A stretch of 64,000 nt of DNA from the NCBI GenBank assembly GCA_005223125.1, contig NJBH01000004.1, positions 96,001 to 160,000 on the forward strand, written 5' to 3'. Shown piece by piece: positions 1 through 8,755 of the stretch (position 1 is its first letter; each line of letters begins with the position of its first letter). A program made the position numbers and the translations under genes. The DNA comes from Promethearchaeota archaeon Loki_b32. Its GTDB lineage: Archaea > Asgardarchaeota > Lokiarchaeia > Sigyniarchaeales > SOKP01. The notes beneath the pieces are model-generated. The model was given only the letters and a program-made list of their open reading frames with translations, did no database searches and was not told where the DNA came from.

Positions 1-197
1 ATCTTCAAGAGTCTTATACCAAAGGATACAAATAAACATTTATATATATATTTTTGTCAATTTCTATCTTTTTGTCAAAATTCAGAATGGAATGAAACAA
101 ATAAAATGTTATTTACTACATGAGATTTACTCACAAGATCGCAAATTAGCTAAATTCAATAAGGAAGAAAACAGAAGATTATGTAAAGTTTAATATT

Positions 198-791
198 TCA
201 ATTTATTGCGGAAATTAATTTATGATCATAATATTTTTTTAAAATCTGTCTCAAAATATCTTCAAAACATTCTATAATTCCTTCTCCTTTTAATGCACTA
301 GTATATCTTGAATCAATATTTTTATATTTTTGAAATCTAATTTCTTTTAAGAAATCTATAGAATTGAATTTATTTTCTAAATCTTGTTTATTAAAAGCAA
401 TAATAATCGGAAGGTTATCAATTGATTCCTTGAAGTATCCTATTAATTCATTCCAAGATATTAAATTTCTATCATATACGTCTTCATGAGAATCTATGAC
501 GAATATTACACCATCTACAGCTCTTAAGGTGATGGGGCGTGTTACAAAATAGAAGTCTTGACCTGTTGTTGTATATATATGAATTTTTAGTTTCCATTCT
601 TGATTTTGAAATGTAACCGTACCATAATCAAAAAATAAGGTTCGTTCGATGGTACTTTCGATACTACACACTTCTTCTTCTTTTCCAAATTCAGAAAATA
701 GAGCCTTTATTGATGTTGTTTTCCCTGACATAGCAGGTCCAAAATAAACAATTTTAATGCTGATGGTCTTAGCTAAATGGTCAATAATCAA
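198..791 (-). CDS. MglA/Arf-like small GTPase
   Basis: G1 GPAMSGKTT, RTLFFD switch, TTGQ (G3-like), NKQD (G4), SAL (G5). N-terminus KIVYFGP is typical of the MglA family. Confidence 0.9.
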   Translation of the reverse strand: MIIDHLAKTISIKIVYFGPAMSGKTTSIKALFSEFGKEEEVCSIESTIERTLFFDYGTVTFQNQEWKLKIHIYTTTGQDFYFVTRPITLRAVDGVIFVIDSHEDVYDRNLISWNELIGYFKESIDNLPIIIAFNKQDLENKFNSIDFLKEIRFQKYKNIDSRYTSALKGEGIIECFEDILRQILKKYYDHKLISAIN

Positions 792-916
792 TCTAAACTC
801 AACATCTTTTTAATTGTTAATTTTAAAATAGCTTTAAAAAAACCATGTTTTTTTCTTATTCAATTCAAAACAAGGAGGAATAAGAATAGATAAGAAGAAT
901 TCTTCTTTCGGGAAAT

Positions 917-1294
917 CTAAAATATAAGTTTTTCTCGATCAATTTTACAAGAGATAAGATTCCGTAATATTAAAATCTCAATTTCTCGTTGTAAAATATC
1001 ATTACTAAGATTTAATTTATGTTTCTCATTAAGAACTTGGTTTAATTCTTGAAAACTTATGGAATCACAACTACTATAAAGCTCATTGATAATTTTAAGA
1101 ATTTTTTGTTGGTTAAAGAGAGAACGAGCATTAGAATCTAACTGATATAATCTGTGTGTTAGGTTGTAGTTATAATCACTCTCAGTTTCTATTTCTTTTA
1201 ATTTTTCAATTATAGAGATTGCTTCTTTATAATTCTCTTTTTGCATTAACTCTTGAACTTGATTTAGTTGTTTAATGAAATCCTGAATATCCAT
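917..1294 (-). CDS. Small helical protein with C-terminal PCI-like winged helix
   Basis: Helical hairpin followed by LYSSCDSISFQELNQVL...REIEILILRNLISCKIDREKLIF, which resembles the PCI winged-helix pattern (y..isf..la..l.....vE..l..lI..g.i.akID). Confidence 0.55.
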   Translation of the reverse strand: MDIQDFIKQLNQVQELMQKENYKEAISIIEKLKEIETESDYNYNLTHRLYQLDSNARSLFNQQKILKIINELYSSCDSISFQELNQVLNEKHKLNLSNDILQREIEILILRNLISCKIDREKLIF

Positions 1295-1669
1295 GTAAAA
1301 TCAAATTTTAGTAATCGATATCTTCAATTTATTTATTGAAGAAATTCTTAATTTATTATTATATTTTCTATTACTTACCTTAATTAAACTCCAATGCAAA
1401 ATTTATACTTAAATGAAATGTGTCTTGAAAGAAGTCTTTGGAAAAAATTTAATAAATCGATTAAAAAATACGGTGTAGGTTTTTATCCTGAAATCTTAAC
1501 TTTAGTTTTTAGAAAAGAATGATAAAGATGAATTTTTATATCATTAGTATTAAGCGAAAACTCCTTGCTAGAAATAACTGCAATACAGAAAGATTAATAA
1601 AATATAAAGAGAATCCTTTAAAAGGTTATTCACCTTTTTCTTATTAAAGAATATAATGATTATTAACAA

Positions 1670-1906
1670 GTGAAAGTAATGGACGAAGAAAAAATAAAAC
1701 AAGTTATTGAGAAAATTAGGCCTCAGCTTCAACTTGATGGAGGCGATATTGAGTTTGTTTCGGCAGAGAATGACGGAACAGTGAAAGTAAGACTAATGGG
1801 ACATTGTGCTGGATGTATGCACGCTCAACAAACCTTAACTTATGGTGTAGAGAGAGCAATTAAACAGTTTGTTCCAGAAGTAAAGCAAGTTGTAAACGTC
1901 GCCTAA
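1670..1906 (+). CDS. NifU C-terminal domain / Nfu Fe-S carrier protein
   Basis: IRPQLQLDGGDIE...VRLMGHCAGC motif. Confidence 0.93.
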   Translation: MKVMDEEKIKQVIEKIRPQLQLDGGDIEFVSAENDGTVKVRLMGHCAGCMHAQQTLTYGVERAIKQFVPEVKQVVNVA

Positions 1907-1935
1907 AATTATTCTTTTTCTTTTTAATTTCTTTT

Positions 1936-2277
1936 TTATACCTTAAGATTTAAATCATAATATAATTTGTCGATAATAGTGTTAAATGCATTTAAGACAT
2001 TTTCGCCAGTTTTTGCCGACGTTAAATAATAGCCAAGAAAATTCCGTTCGTCCACCAAGTTTTGAATTTCAGTGTGATCCAGATTAGCTTCATTAACTAA
2101 ATCAATTTTATTCGCAAATACGACAATTGGGATATCTCCGTAGAATTTTTTAGTTTCATTATGCCAATATATTATATGTCTAAAACTCCGTTCCCCAAGT
2201 TCATTCTCTTCAAGAATATATACAATAATAGCTGCGTTGCTCTCTCTATAGAATGAAGGACGTAGAAAATCAAACTC
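1936..2277 (-). pseudogene. 5'-truncated Rab/Ras-like small GTPase (C-terminal half only)
   Basis: Hand translation: EFDFLRPSFYRESNAAIIVY...IPIVVFANKIDL...YYLTSAKTGENVLNAF. G4 and G5 are present; G1-G3 and the start are missing, and the frame is preceded by TGA at 2278-2280. Confidence 0.85.
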
Positions 2278-2353
2278 TCATTATTCTTCTAAAAAAGTAA
2301 TAGATAAATCTGAAACAAAAGAAGATGATGATATTGTTATTATCTTAGATTAA

Positions 2354-2509
2354 TTATGTTTGAGAATTTGAGTTGTTATTATCTTCTACAATTTTATAAA
2401 AGATGATTTTGTCATTTGGAGGTTTTTTTTCTTCGATTTCTGGATCGAGATGTTCTATAACTTTTGGTTCTTGATCGTCAGATTGTGAAATATCTTCTTT
2501 TTCACTCAA
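2354..2509 (-). CDS. Small acidic hypothetical protein (51 aa)
   Basis: Hand-read ORF from TTG: MSEKEDISQSDDQEPKVIEHLDPEIEEKKPPNDKIIFYKIVEDNNNSNSQT. Purine-rich codon usage like host genes. Confidence 0.45.
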   Translation of the reverse strand: MSEKEDISQSDDQEPKVIEHLDPEIEEKKPPNDKIIFYKIVEDNNNSNSQT

Positions 2510-2640
2510 TAAATTTCACAATTGTATATATATATTAGGAAAATTAATTAAATATTGTAGAAATTTCATTTAGTTAATTAGAATAATCAACCTATCTAAT
2601 ATTAAATTAATTATTAATTGGTTATATTTAGGAATCTAAA

Positions 2641-3537
2641 ATGATATCTAAAATCCTTATAATAATGTTAAACGGCGTATTATGTTATGGAAAAACATTT
2701 GTTGGAGATACTGATATTGATGACGATTTAGTTAGTGGATTTCTCACAGCAATAAGTAGCATCGCAAAAAAGATTGGTGGAGGAGAAATAAGATCATTAA
2801 ACTTCAGAAATTTTAATTTCATATATACTCGGGATGATGAAAACCTATGTATGTTTATTATAGTAACTGATATTGATGACCCTGAAGAAGAAGCAAGAGA
2901 TAAATTAGAATTACTAAAAAACGAATTTATCAACCGGTTTCATGATGATTTGAAAAACTGGGATTGTGAAACCGGAAAGTTTGAGGTTTTTGATGAATTT
3001 GTTGAAAAACGTCTTTTCATCCCGCCAAAGATATTATTAGTAGGTGAAGAAGGAGTAGGTAAATCAACAATCATGGATTTATTTCCAGGAGAAACTATTT
3101 TAGAATTGGATGACGATCTGAATGAGATTATTCAAAAACCTATCACCTTATCTAATCTTAAGAGGATAAATGAGTGTATTTTAAGGGAAATGGATTTAAA
3201 AGAATTAATTGATAATTCAAAAATTTATAGATCATTATTAGATTCAGTTGATATAATTATAATTGTTACGAATTCAGGAGCAAGTAATCTAGGGAGAACA
3301 CAAAGATTATACTCCCAATTAGAAAAGAAAGTGAAAAAAGCGAATTTTTATATAATAGCAAATTTTCAAGATCTGCCAAATACATCATATGAGCCAGAAA
3401 AAGTAGAAGAAATGTTTGGAATTCAGACTTATGGATTCTGTGCAATTAAAAGAGAAGCAAAAGAAATAATCTATGAAATAATTAGTGAAATGTTAAGAAT
3501 TTCAATCGTACAGAAAATAGTAAGTAAACAAACCTAA
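2641..3537 (+). CDS. Longin-domain / degenerate small GTPase fusion (paralog 1)
   Basis: N-terminal longin-like pattern (IIMLNGVLCYGK...DLVSGFLTAISSIAKKIGGGEIRSL). G1 GEEGVGKST, G4 variant NFQD, no DxxG. Confidence 0.8.
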   Translation: MISKILIIMLNGVLCYGKTFVGDTDIDDDLVSGFLTAISSIAKKIGGGEIRSLNFRNFNFIYTRDDENLCMFIIVTDIDDPEEEARDKLELLKNEFINRFHDDLKNWDCETGKFEVFDEFVEKRLFIPPKILLVGEEGVGKSTIMDLFPGETILELDDDLNEIIQKPITLSNLKRINECILREMDLKELIDNSKIYRSLLDSVDIIIIVTNSGASNLGRTQRLYSQLEKKVKKANFYIIANFQDLPNTSYEPEKVEEMFGIQTYGFCAIKREAKEIIYEIISEMLRISIVQKIVSKQT

Positions 3538-3658
3538 AGAGGAATTTGTGAAAATAGTAAAAACTATGTGCATGATATTCGAATTTATGAAATTGAAATG
3601 GCAAAAATTATTATTAGTGAATAAACCCTCACTAGTTAGGAAAGATTAGAAACCTGAA

Positions 3659-4558
3659 ATGATATCAAAAATATTTATTATTGCGAAGGATGGTGTTTTG
3701 TGCTATTCTAAATCATTTTTTGGTTCCGGACATAGAGATACTGAGATTGTAAACTTTCTCACTTCTATTAATCATGTTGGTAAAACCGTTGGGTTAGGGG
3801 AAATCAAATCATTAAACTTTTCAAATCTTAATATAATTTATTCCTATGATGATTATAATTGTATGTATATTATAACAGCTGATATCGATGATCCTGAAGA
3901 AGAGATAAGAGATAAATTAGAATTAATAAAAAAAGAATTTATCACAAGATATCATACACAATTAGAAAATTGGAATGGGAAAGCTAAGAAATTTAAGGAT
4001 TTTGACCGATTTACTGAAAGCCATGTTTTTATTCCACCGAAGATATTATTAGCAGGCGAAGATGGCGTCGGAAAATCAACTATCATGGGTTTATTTCCAG
4101 GCGAGACTATTTTGGAATTGGATGATGACATGAATGAAATCATTCAGAAAACAATAAATTCACCTAACTTCGAAGGAATTAGTGAATTCATATTACGAGA
4201 AGTTAATATTCAAGATTTAGTTGGCTATTCTAAAATCTACAAAATGCTTTTAGATTCAGCTGATATTATTTGCCTCGTTACTAATTCGGGAGCAGGCAAT
4301 TTAAGTAGAACAAAGCAATTATTTTTAGAGTTAAAACAGAAAACAATTAAGGCGGATTTTTACATAATTGCAAATTTTCAAGATTTAGTAAATACTTCAT
4401 TTGAACCTGAAAAAATAAACGAGTCATTTGAGATTAAAACTTTCGGCTTTTCTGCCATCCGAGCTGATGCAAAAGATATTATATATAAAGTAATCAGTAT
4501 AATATTGAAAAATTCAATCATAGATAAATTTGAGAACAAATACAACCATTTTATATAG
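3659..4558 (+). CDS. Longin-domain / degenerate small GTPase fusion (paralog 2)
   Basis: Full-length colinear paralog of 2641..3537. G1 GEDGVGKST, NFQD, SAI. Confidence 0.8.
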   Translation: MISKIFIIAKDGVLCYSKSFFGSGHRDTEIVNFLTSINHVGKTVGLGEIKSLNFSNLNIIYSYDDYNCMYIITADIDDPEEEIRDKLELIKKEFITRYHTQLENWNGKAKKFKDFDRFTESHVFIPPKILLAGEDGVGKSTIMGLFPGETILELDDDMNEIIQKTINSPNFEGISEFILREVNIQDLVGYSKIYKMLLDSADIICLVTNSGAGNLSRTKQLFLELKQKTIKADFYIIANFQDLVNTSFEPEKINESFEIKTFGFSAIRADAKDIIYKVISIILKNSIIDKFENKYNHFI

Positions 4559-4585
4559 GATTATTATAAAGAGAATTAGAGAAAA

Positions 4586-5080
4586 ATGACATTAACGGAA
4601 ATTGAAGAAGATTTTGTTTTCCCCGTATATATTTACCGAGATACTATACAAAAGATTCACCTATTAACGAAAGATTTTGAAAATGAAATTTTTGGATATC
4701 TTATTGGCAATATATTAGAATGGAAAGGACAAATATATGTTGTAATTGAGGAGATCCTTTTTATTTTAGGAGCGGTCCATAGTGATAAATTTTCGACTTC
4801 TCAAATAGAAGGTACTGCTGGAAAATACGAAAAGAGATTCCAGAGATTAAAGGAAAAAAGAGAAAATGAAAATTTAAGAATTGTAGGATGGTGGCATTCG
4901 CATCCTGGATTTGGGTGTTTTTTATCCACAACAGATTTAAAAACCCAAGAATATTTTTTCCCGGAATCATATCAAGTAGCTTTAGTAAATGATCCACATC
5001 AAGATGAGCTTAAATTTTTTACTTTAGACAAAAATTCAAAAAATGGTTATAAACCAATTAATTATGCTATTCTAACTTGA
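4586..5080 (+). CDS. MPN+/JAMM metalloprotease (Rpn11/CSN5-like deubiquitinase)
   Basis: ENEIFGYLIG and VGWWHSHPGFGCFLSTTD give a complete E...HxHx7Sx2D motif. Confidence 0.93.
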   Translation: MTLTEIEEDFVFPVYIYRDTIQKIHLLTKDFENEIFGYLIGNILEWKGQIYVVIEEILFILGAVHSDKFSTSQIEGTAGKYEKRFQRLKEKRENENLRIVGWWHSHPGFGCFLSTTDLKTQEYFFPESYQVALVNDPHQDELKFFTLDKNSKNGYKPINYAILT

Positions 5081-5108
5081 ATTTAAAATAACTCATTAAT
5101 TCGAATAA

Positions 5109-5993
5109 ATGCAAAAAGAAGAAAAAAAGAGAGAAGATGTGAAAGTCTTTGAGATTGACTCCATAGATTCCGACATTTTCGATCGGCAAAAAAGAATTTT
5201 AGGTTGGGACCAAAAGAAAATTTCAGATGCCTCAGTTATGGTGATTGGTGTAGGAGCGACAGGTAATGAAGTTGTTAAAAACTTAATTTTAACAGGAATA
5301 GGCAAATTAATTTTAATAGACTACGATTTCATAAACATCTCAAATTTAAATCGTTGTGTGCTATTTAATAGTCAGAGCGCTCAAAATAAAGATTATAAAG
5401 TCGATGTTGTGAAAAATGCGTGTGAAGAATTAAATCCTGATACAGAAGTCATAGCGATAAAAAAGGATTTAAAAGATATTGATAAAACACTCTATGAAAA
5501 ATCTGACGTCGTTTGCTCATGTTTAGACAACGTTGAAGCTAGAATAGAAGCAAATAATTATGCTTATTATAATGGGGTCCCTTTTGTGGACTCTGGGATT
5601 GAGGAATTTTTTGGGAGTATTCAATCAGTCTATTCTGGAGAAGATGATGCCGCATGCTTACAATGTAATGTTTCTAATGCAGATTTAGATTTAATGTGGA
5701 AAAAATATTCATGCACGGGGCAAGAAATTGAAGGTGAAAATGGAGAAACTATAGCAAAAATTGCAACAATCATAACCACAACCTCAATTATTGGAGGATT
5801 ACAATCACAACAAGTATTGAAATTTCTTTTAGGGATAGATTATTTTAAAGAAAAAGGTAAATGGAATCCTCATATTGGGAGCCCTTTAATTGGCAAACAA
5901 TTGAATTATAATGGTTTATTAAATAGATTTAATATAATTGAAAAATTAAAGAATCCCGATTGTTGGACTTGCTCCTATAAAAAGAAGGACTAG
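5109..5993 (+). CDS. Ubiquitin-activating enzyme E1-like (ThiF/UBA family)
   Basis: FDRQ, GVGATG nucleotide loop, DYDFINISNLNR, CLDN, CLQC and CWTC Zn motifs. Candidate catalytic Cys in KYSC. Confidence 0.92.
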   Translation: MQKEEKKREDVKVFEIDSIDSDIFDRQKRILGWDQKKISDASVMVIGVGATGNEVVKNLILTGIGKLILIDYDFINISNLNRCVLFNSQSAQNKDYKVDVVKNACEELNPDTEVIAIKKDLKDIDKTLYEKSDVVCSCLDNVEARIEANNYAYYNGVPFVDSGIEEFFGSIQSVYSGEDDAACLQCNVSNADLDLMWKKYSCTGQEIEGENGETIAKIATIITTTSIIGGLQSQQVLKFLLGIDYFKEKGKWNPHIGSPLIGKQLNYNGLLNRFNIIEKLKNPDCWTCSYKKKD

Positions 5994-6098
5994 TTTAAGT
6001 TCGAAAAGAATATAATTAATTAAACAAAAAGTAATAAATAATAAGATCATCATTTTATAAGTTAATATCTAATAAATTTAAATTAAGGGTTAATAAAA

Positions 6099-6662
6099 AT
6101 GCCTGAGCTGCCTTTTGAAATATGGAAAGATAGAATTGAAAATGAACTTAAATCTATTAAGAAATTAGAAGTATTGGATGAGAAATCATTAATTAGAGCT
6201 AATAATAGTGTAGAATTCACGATAAAATTAAATGCCTTAGGAATAATAAAAAAAGGTGAGGATTATATTCCTCAAAAGTCTCATAGAATCTTTTTGAAAA
6301 TCAATAGAGCATTTCCTTATCCTGGAGGAATAGATTTTTCATGGCTAACCAATATCTTTCACCCAAATATCCATCCTGTTGGTATTTCTTTGAATTCCCC
6401 GGGCACAGGTTATATTTGTTTAAATGTTTTAAAAAAATGGTCTAGATTATCTGATTTGGAAACTACAGTTAAAGCCTTAAAACTCTTGGTTAAAAATCCT
6501 AATCCTGATGATCCACTCAATTATCCAATTTGTTTAGAAGCAGCAGAATTCTTTAGAAAAAAAACTATGGAAGATTTTGAAAAAGATTTAGATCTTAAGG
6601 AAGTTGTTGTAGAAGAGGTTGAAGAAAATGATGATGATGATATCATTATCATCGATGATTAA
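6099..6662 (+). CDS. Ubiquitin-conjugating enzyme E2 (UBC fold)
   Basis: FPYP...IFHPNI...GYICLNVLKKW...NPNPDDPLN, followed by an acidic tail. Confidence 0.92.
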   Translation: MPELPFEIWKDRIENELKSIKKLEVLDEKSLIRANNSVEFTIKLNALGIIKKGEDYIPQKSHRIFLKINRAFPYPGGIDFSWLTNIFHPNIHPVGISLNSPGTGYICLNVLKKWSRLSDLETTVKALKLLVKNPNPDDPLNYPICLEAAEFFRKKTMEDFEKDLDLKEVVVEEVEENDDDDIIIIDD

Positions 6663-6681
6663 AAGTCATTTCTACTTATTT

Positions 6682-6957
6682 TTATAGATATCTGCCACCA
6701 ATAACTTTTGCCCATAGAATTAATTTATCATTCTCTTCTAAGCCAAATTTATGAATCGCATCAGCAACTGTTATTGTACTCGGTAGCTCTTGATCCTTAA
6801 GAACCAAAGAATAAGATCTTTGCTCCGCACTAATAATACCCATATGTTTAATAATTATATCGACTATCCGCTCAATTTGATGATGTGTTTTTACATCTAA
6901 TTTAATTAACTTTCCCGTTCTTGAATCTTCAACTGTTATTCTCACTTTTTTTCGCAC
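6682..6957 (-). CDS. Ubiquitin-like protein with C-terminal GG plus RYL pro-extension
   Basis: 91 aa with a beta-grasp-like pattern, ending GLEENDKLILWAKVIGG-RYL. Adjacent to E1/E2/JAMM. Confidence 0.85.
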   Translation of the reverse strand: MRKKVRITVEDSRTGKLIKLDVKTHHQIERIVDIIIKHMGIISAEQRSYSLVLKDQELPSTITVADAIHKFGLEENDKLILWAKVIGGRYL

Positions 6958-7491
6958 CTTTCATTTTATTATATAATTTAAATATTGTTTAAGTTATTTT
7001 ATAATCTTTTTCATTTAATTATTGATTCCATACTTTTTATCTTAATTAGAGGTTTTAAGTAGAATTTTCTATATTTCTATTTCTAACTATTAAATAAACT
7101 ATAAATCCAAAGAAAAAGGGGATTATCCAGACAATTAGATAACTTCTCCGTGAAAATTAAAGATTAATTTAAATATTAACAAGTCTTATCAAATCAACGA
7201 GTGTTAACTCTTATGTATCGATCTAAAGATGACGAATAAGAGTATCCTTCCACTTTTTATACTCATTGTCTCTGGTTTACATTGTTATGAGATTTTACAA
7301 TTATGTAGCAATTTATTAATTAAATGTATTTACATGATCCAATAAGAATTTAACCTAATTTAACAATCATTATAATACTTCCTTTTTTCATTTTTCTGTT
7401 TGTTCTTTCGTGCTAAACATTTTTACGAAAGTTAATTATCTGTCAATAATTTCTTAGTTTATAACTTAAAACACTAATTATTGAATACGTC

Positions 7492-8745
7492 ATGAACGAT
7501 ACTGAAAATGATGAAATAAAAAAGTCTGCGAATTCTGAGAATCAAGAAGAAAAAAGGAAGAAACCAGAAAAGCGAGCAAGAAAGTCGCAAGGTCAAATGA
7601 TTCAAGAAGCACTTGGTTTAGGTCCGACAGATATTCAAGATGTTGAGAAGAAGCTCTTTATTGTACGCTTTTTAGATTATTTCTCTGAAGAAACTTTAGA
7701 CTTCATCTTTAAGGATAACACAATAAATCAATATACCAAACAAATTACAACTCATATGGAGGATTTTAGTACAAAGGGGGAAGAAGATATACTTTTAAAG
7801 CAAAGTTTCGAATCAAAAAGGATTTTAGAAACAGTTCATAAATTAAAAGGGAAAGCGGAAGAAATTGCCTCTAGTAAAGGGATAAAAGGGTCAATGGATA
7901 AACGTTTGCGTAGGCTTACTTTGTATCTTACAGCACCAATGTTTGCTCTGATTATAGTCTCATTCTTTTTCACACAAATAACCTACTTTATACTTCCAGT
8001 TTTGTGTGTATTTTGTATGTTGCCTCAAGTAGTTAGAGGTAGGGTTACTAAGAAATGGTTTGAATTTAAAGAGCAGAATAAAAATCAGATTTATTCTGAA
8101 TATCGAGAAGATATTATGATTTTGAAAGGTTTTACGGGAGAAACTTTAGATAATGTTAGAGCGAGGCTAATAGAACTGAAAGTACCATTACAGTTGATTA
8201 AATTTATGCTATATAGCAGAGATTATGAAAATCTAAGATTATTAAATCAAAAGAATATAAGAGGTACAAAGCAATATTTCTATACTTTTGAATACCCTCA
8301 AGGAGTAGAACCATTTCCAATACCACAGCAACTTCTACAATATCAACAACCTATAATCCCAAAGAAAGCAGAAAAATTGGAGAAAAATTTCATCGTTCTT
8401 TCTGAAATGAAAGGGAGAGATGGAGTTATCAATTATTTTGTACCGACTCTGAAAGATAAATATGCAGAGAAAATTAATGAGATGTTAAATAATTCTAAAT
8501 TTAGCAAAGCTCCAAATGATTTCGCTACTATTATGCCTAATTATTCAGAAAATATGGTGATTTATTGCGTCTGTGGTCAAGTAGTAGAAATTAACAATGT
8601 ACAAATTTGCAATTGGAAAGACCAATTCAAATTTTACCTATTTGAAGGAGAACAATGTAATTGTGAAGAAACTGTATACGCTCTTTCTTTAATGGATGAA
8701 TCTGCAGAAGTACCCGAAGAATTAAAAGATATTTTCTTAAGTTAA
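7492..8745 (+). CDS. Hypothetical membrane protein with central TM hairpin and C-terminal Cys cluster
   Basis: Hydrophobic stretch LTLYLTAPMF...VFCMLP. C-terminal CVC...C...CNC. Confidence 0.7.
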   Translation: MNDTENDEIKKSANSENQEEKRKKPEKRARKSQGQMIQEALGLGPTDIQDVEKKLFIVRFLDYFSEETLDFIFKDNTINQYTKQITTHMEDFSTKGEEDILLKQSFESKRILETVHKLKGKAEEIASSKGIKGSMDKRLRRLTLYLTAPMFALIIVSFFFTQITYFILPVLCVFCMLPQVVRGRVTKKWFEFKEQNKNQIYSEYREDIMILKGFTGETLDNVRARLIELKVPLQLIKFMLYSRDYENLRLLNQKNIRGTKQYFYTFEYPQGVEPFPIPQQLLQYQQPIIPKKAEKLEKNFIVLSEMKGRDGVINYFVPTLKDKYAEKINEMLNNSKFSKAPNDFATIMPNYSENMVIYCVCGQVVEINNVQICNWKDQFKFYLFEGEQCNCEETVYALSLMDESAEVPEELKDIFLS

Positions 8746-8755
8746 TTTATTATTT

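Noticed and set aside
4586-6957. CBASS/Bil-type antiphage E1-E2-JAB system or ThiS/MoaD sulfur-carrier pathway
   Set aside because: There is no CD-NTase or effector and no Moco/thiamine genes. The stand-alone HPN-type E2 and Rpn11-like JAMM look eukaryote-like. A defence role cannot be fully excluded.
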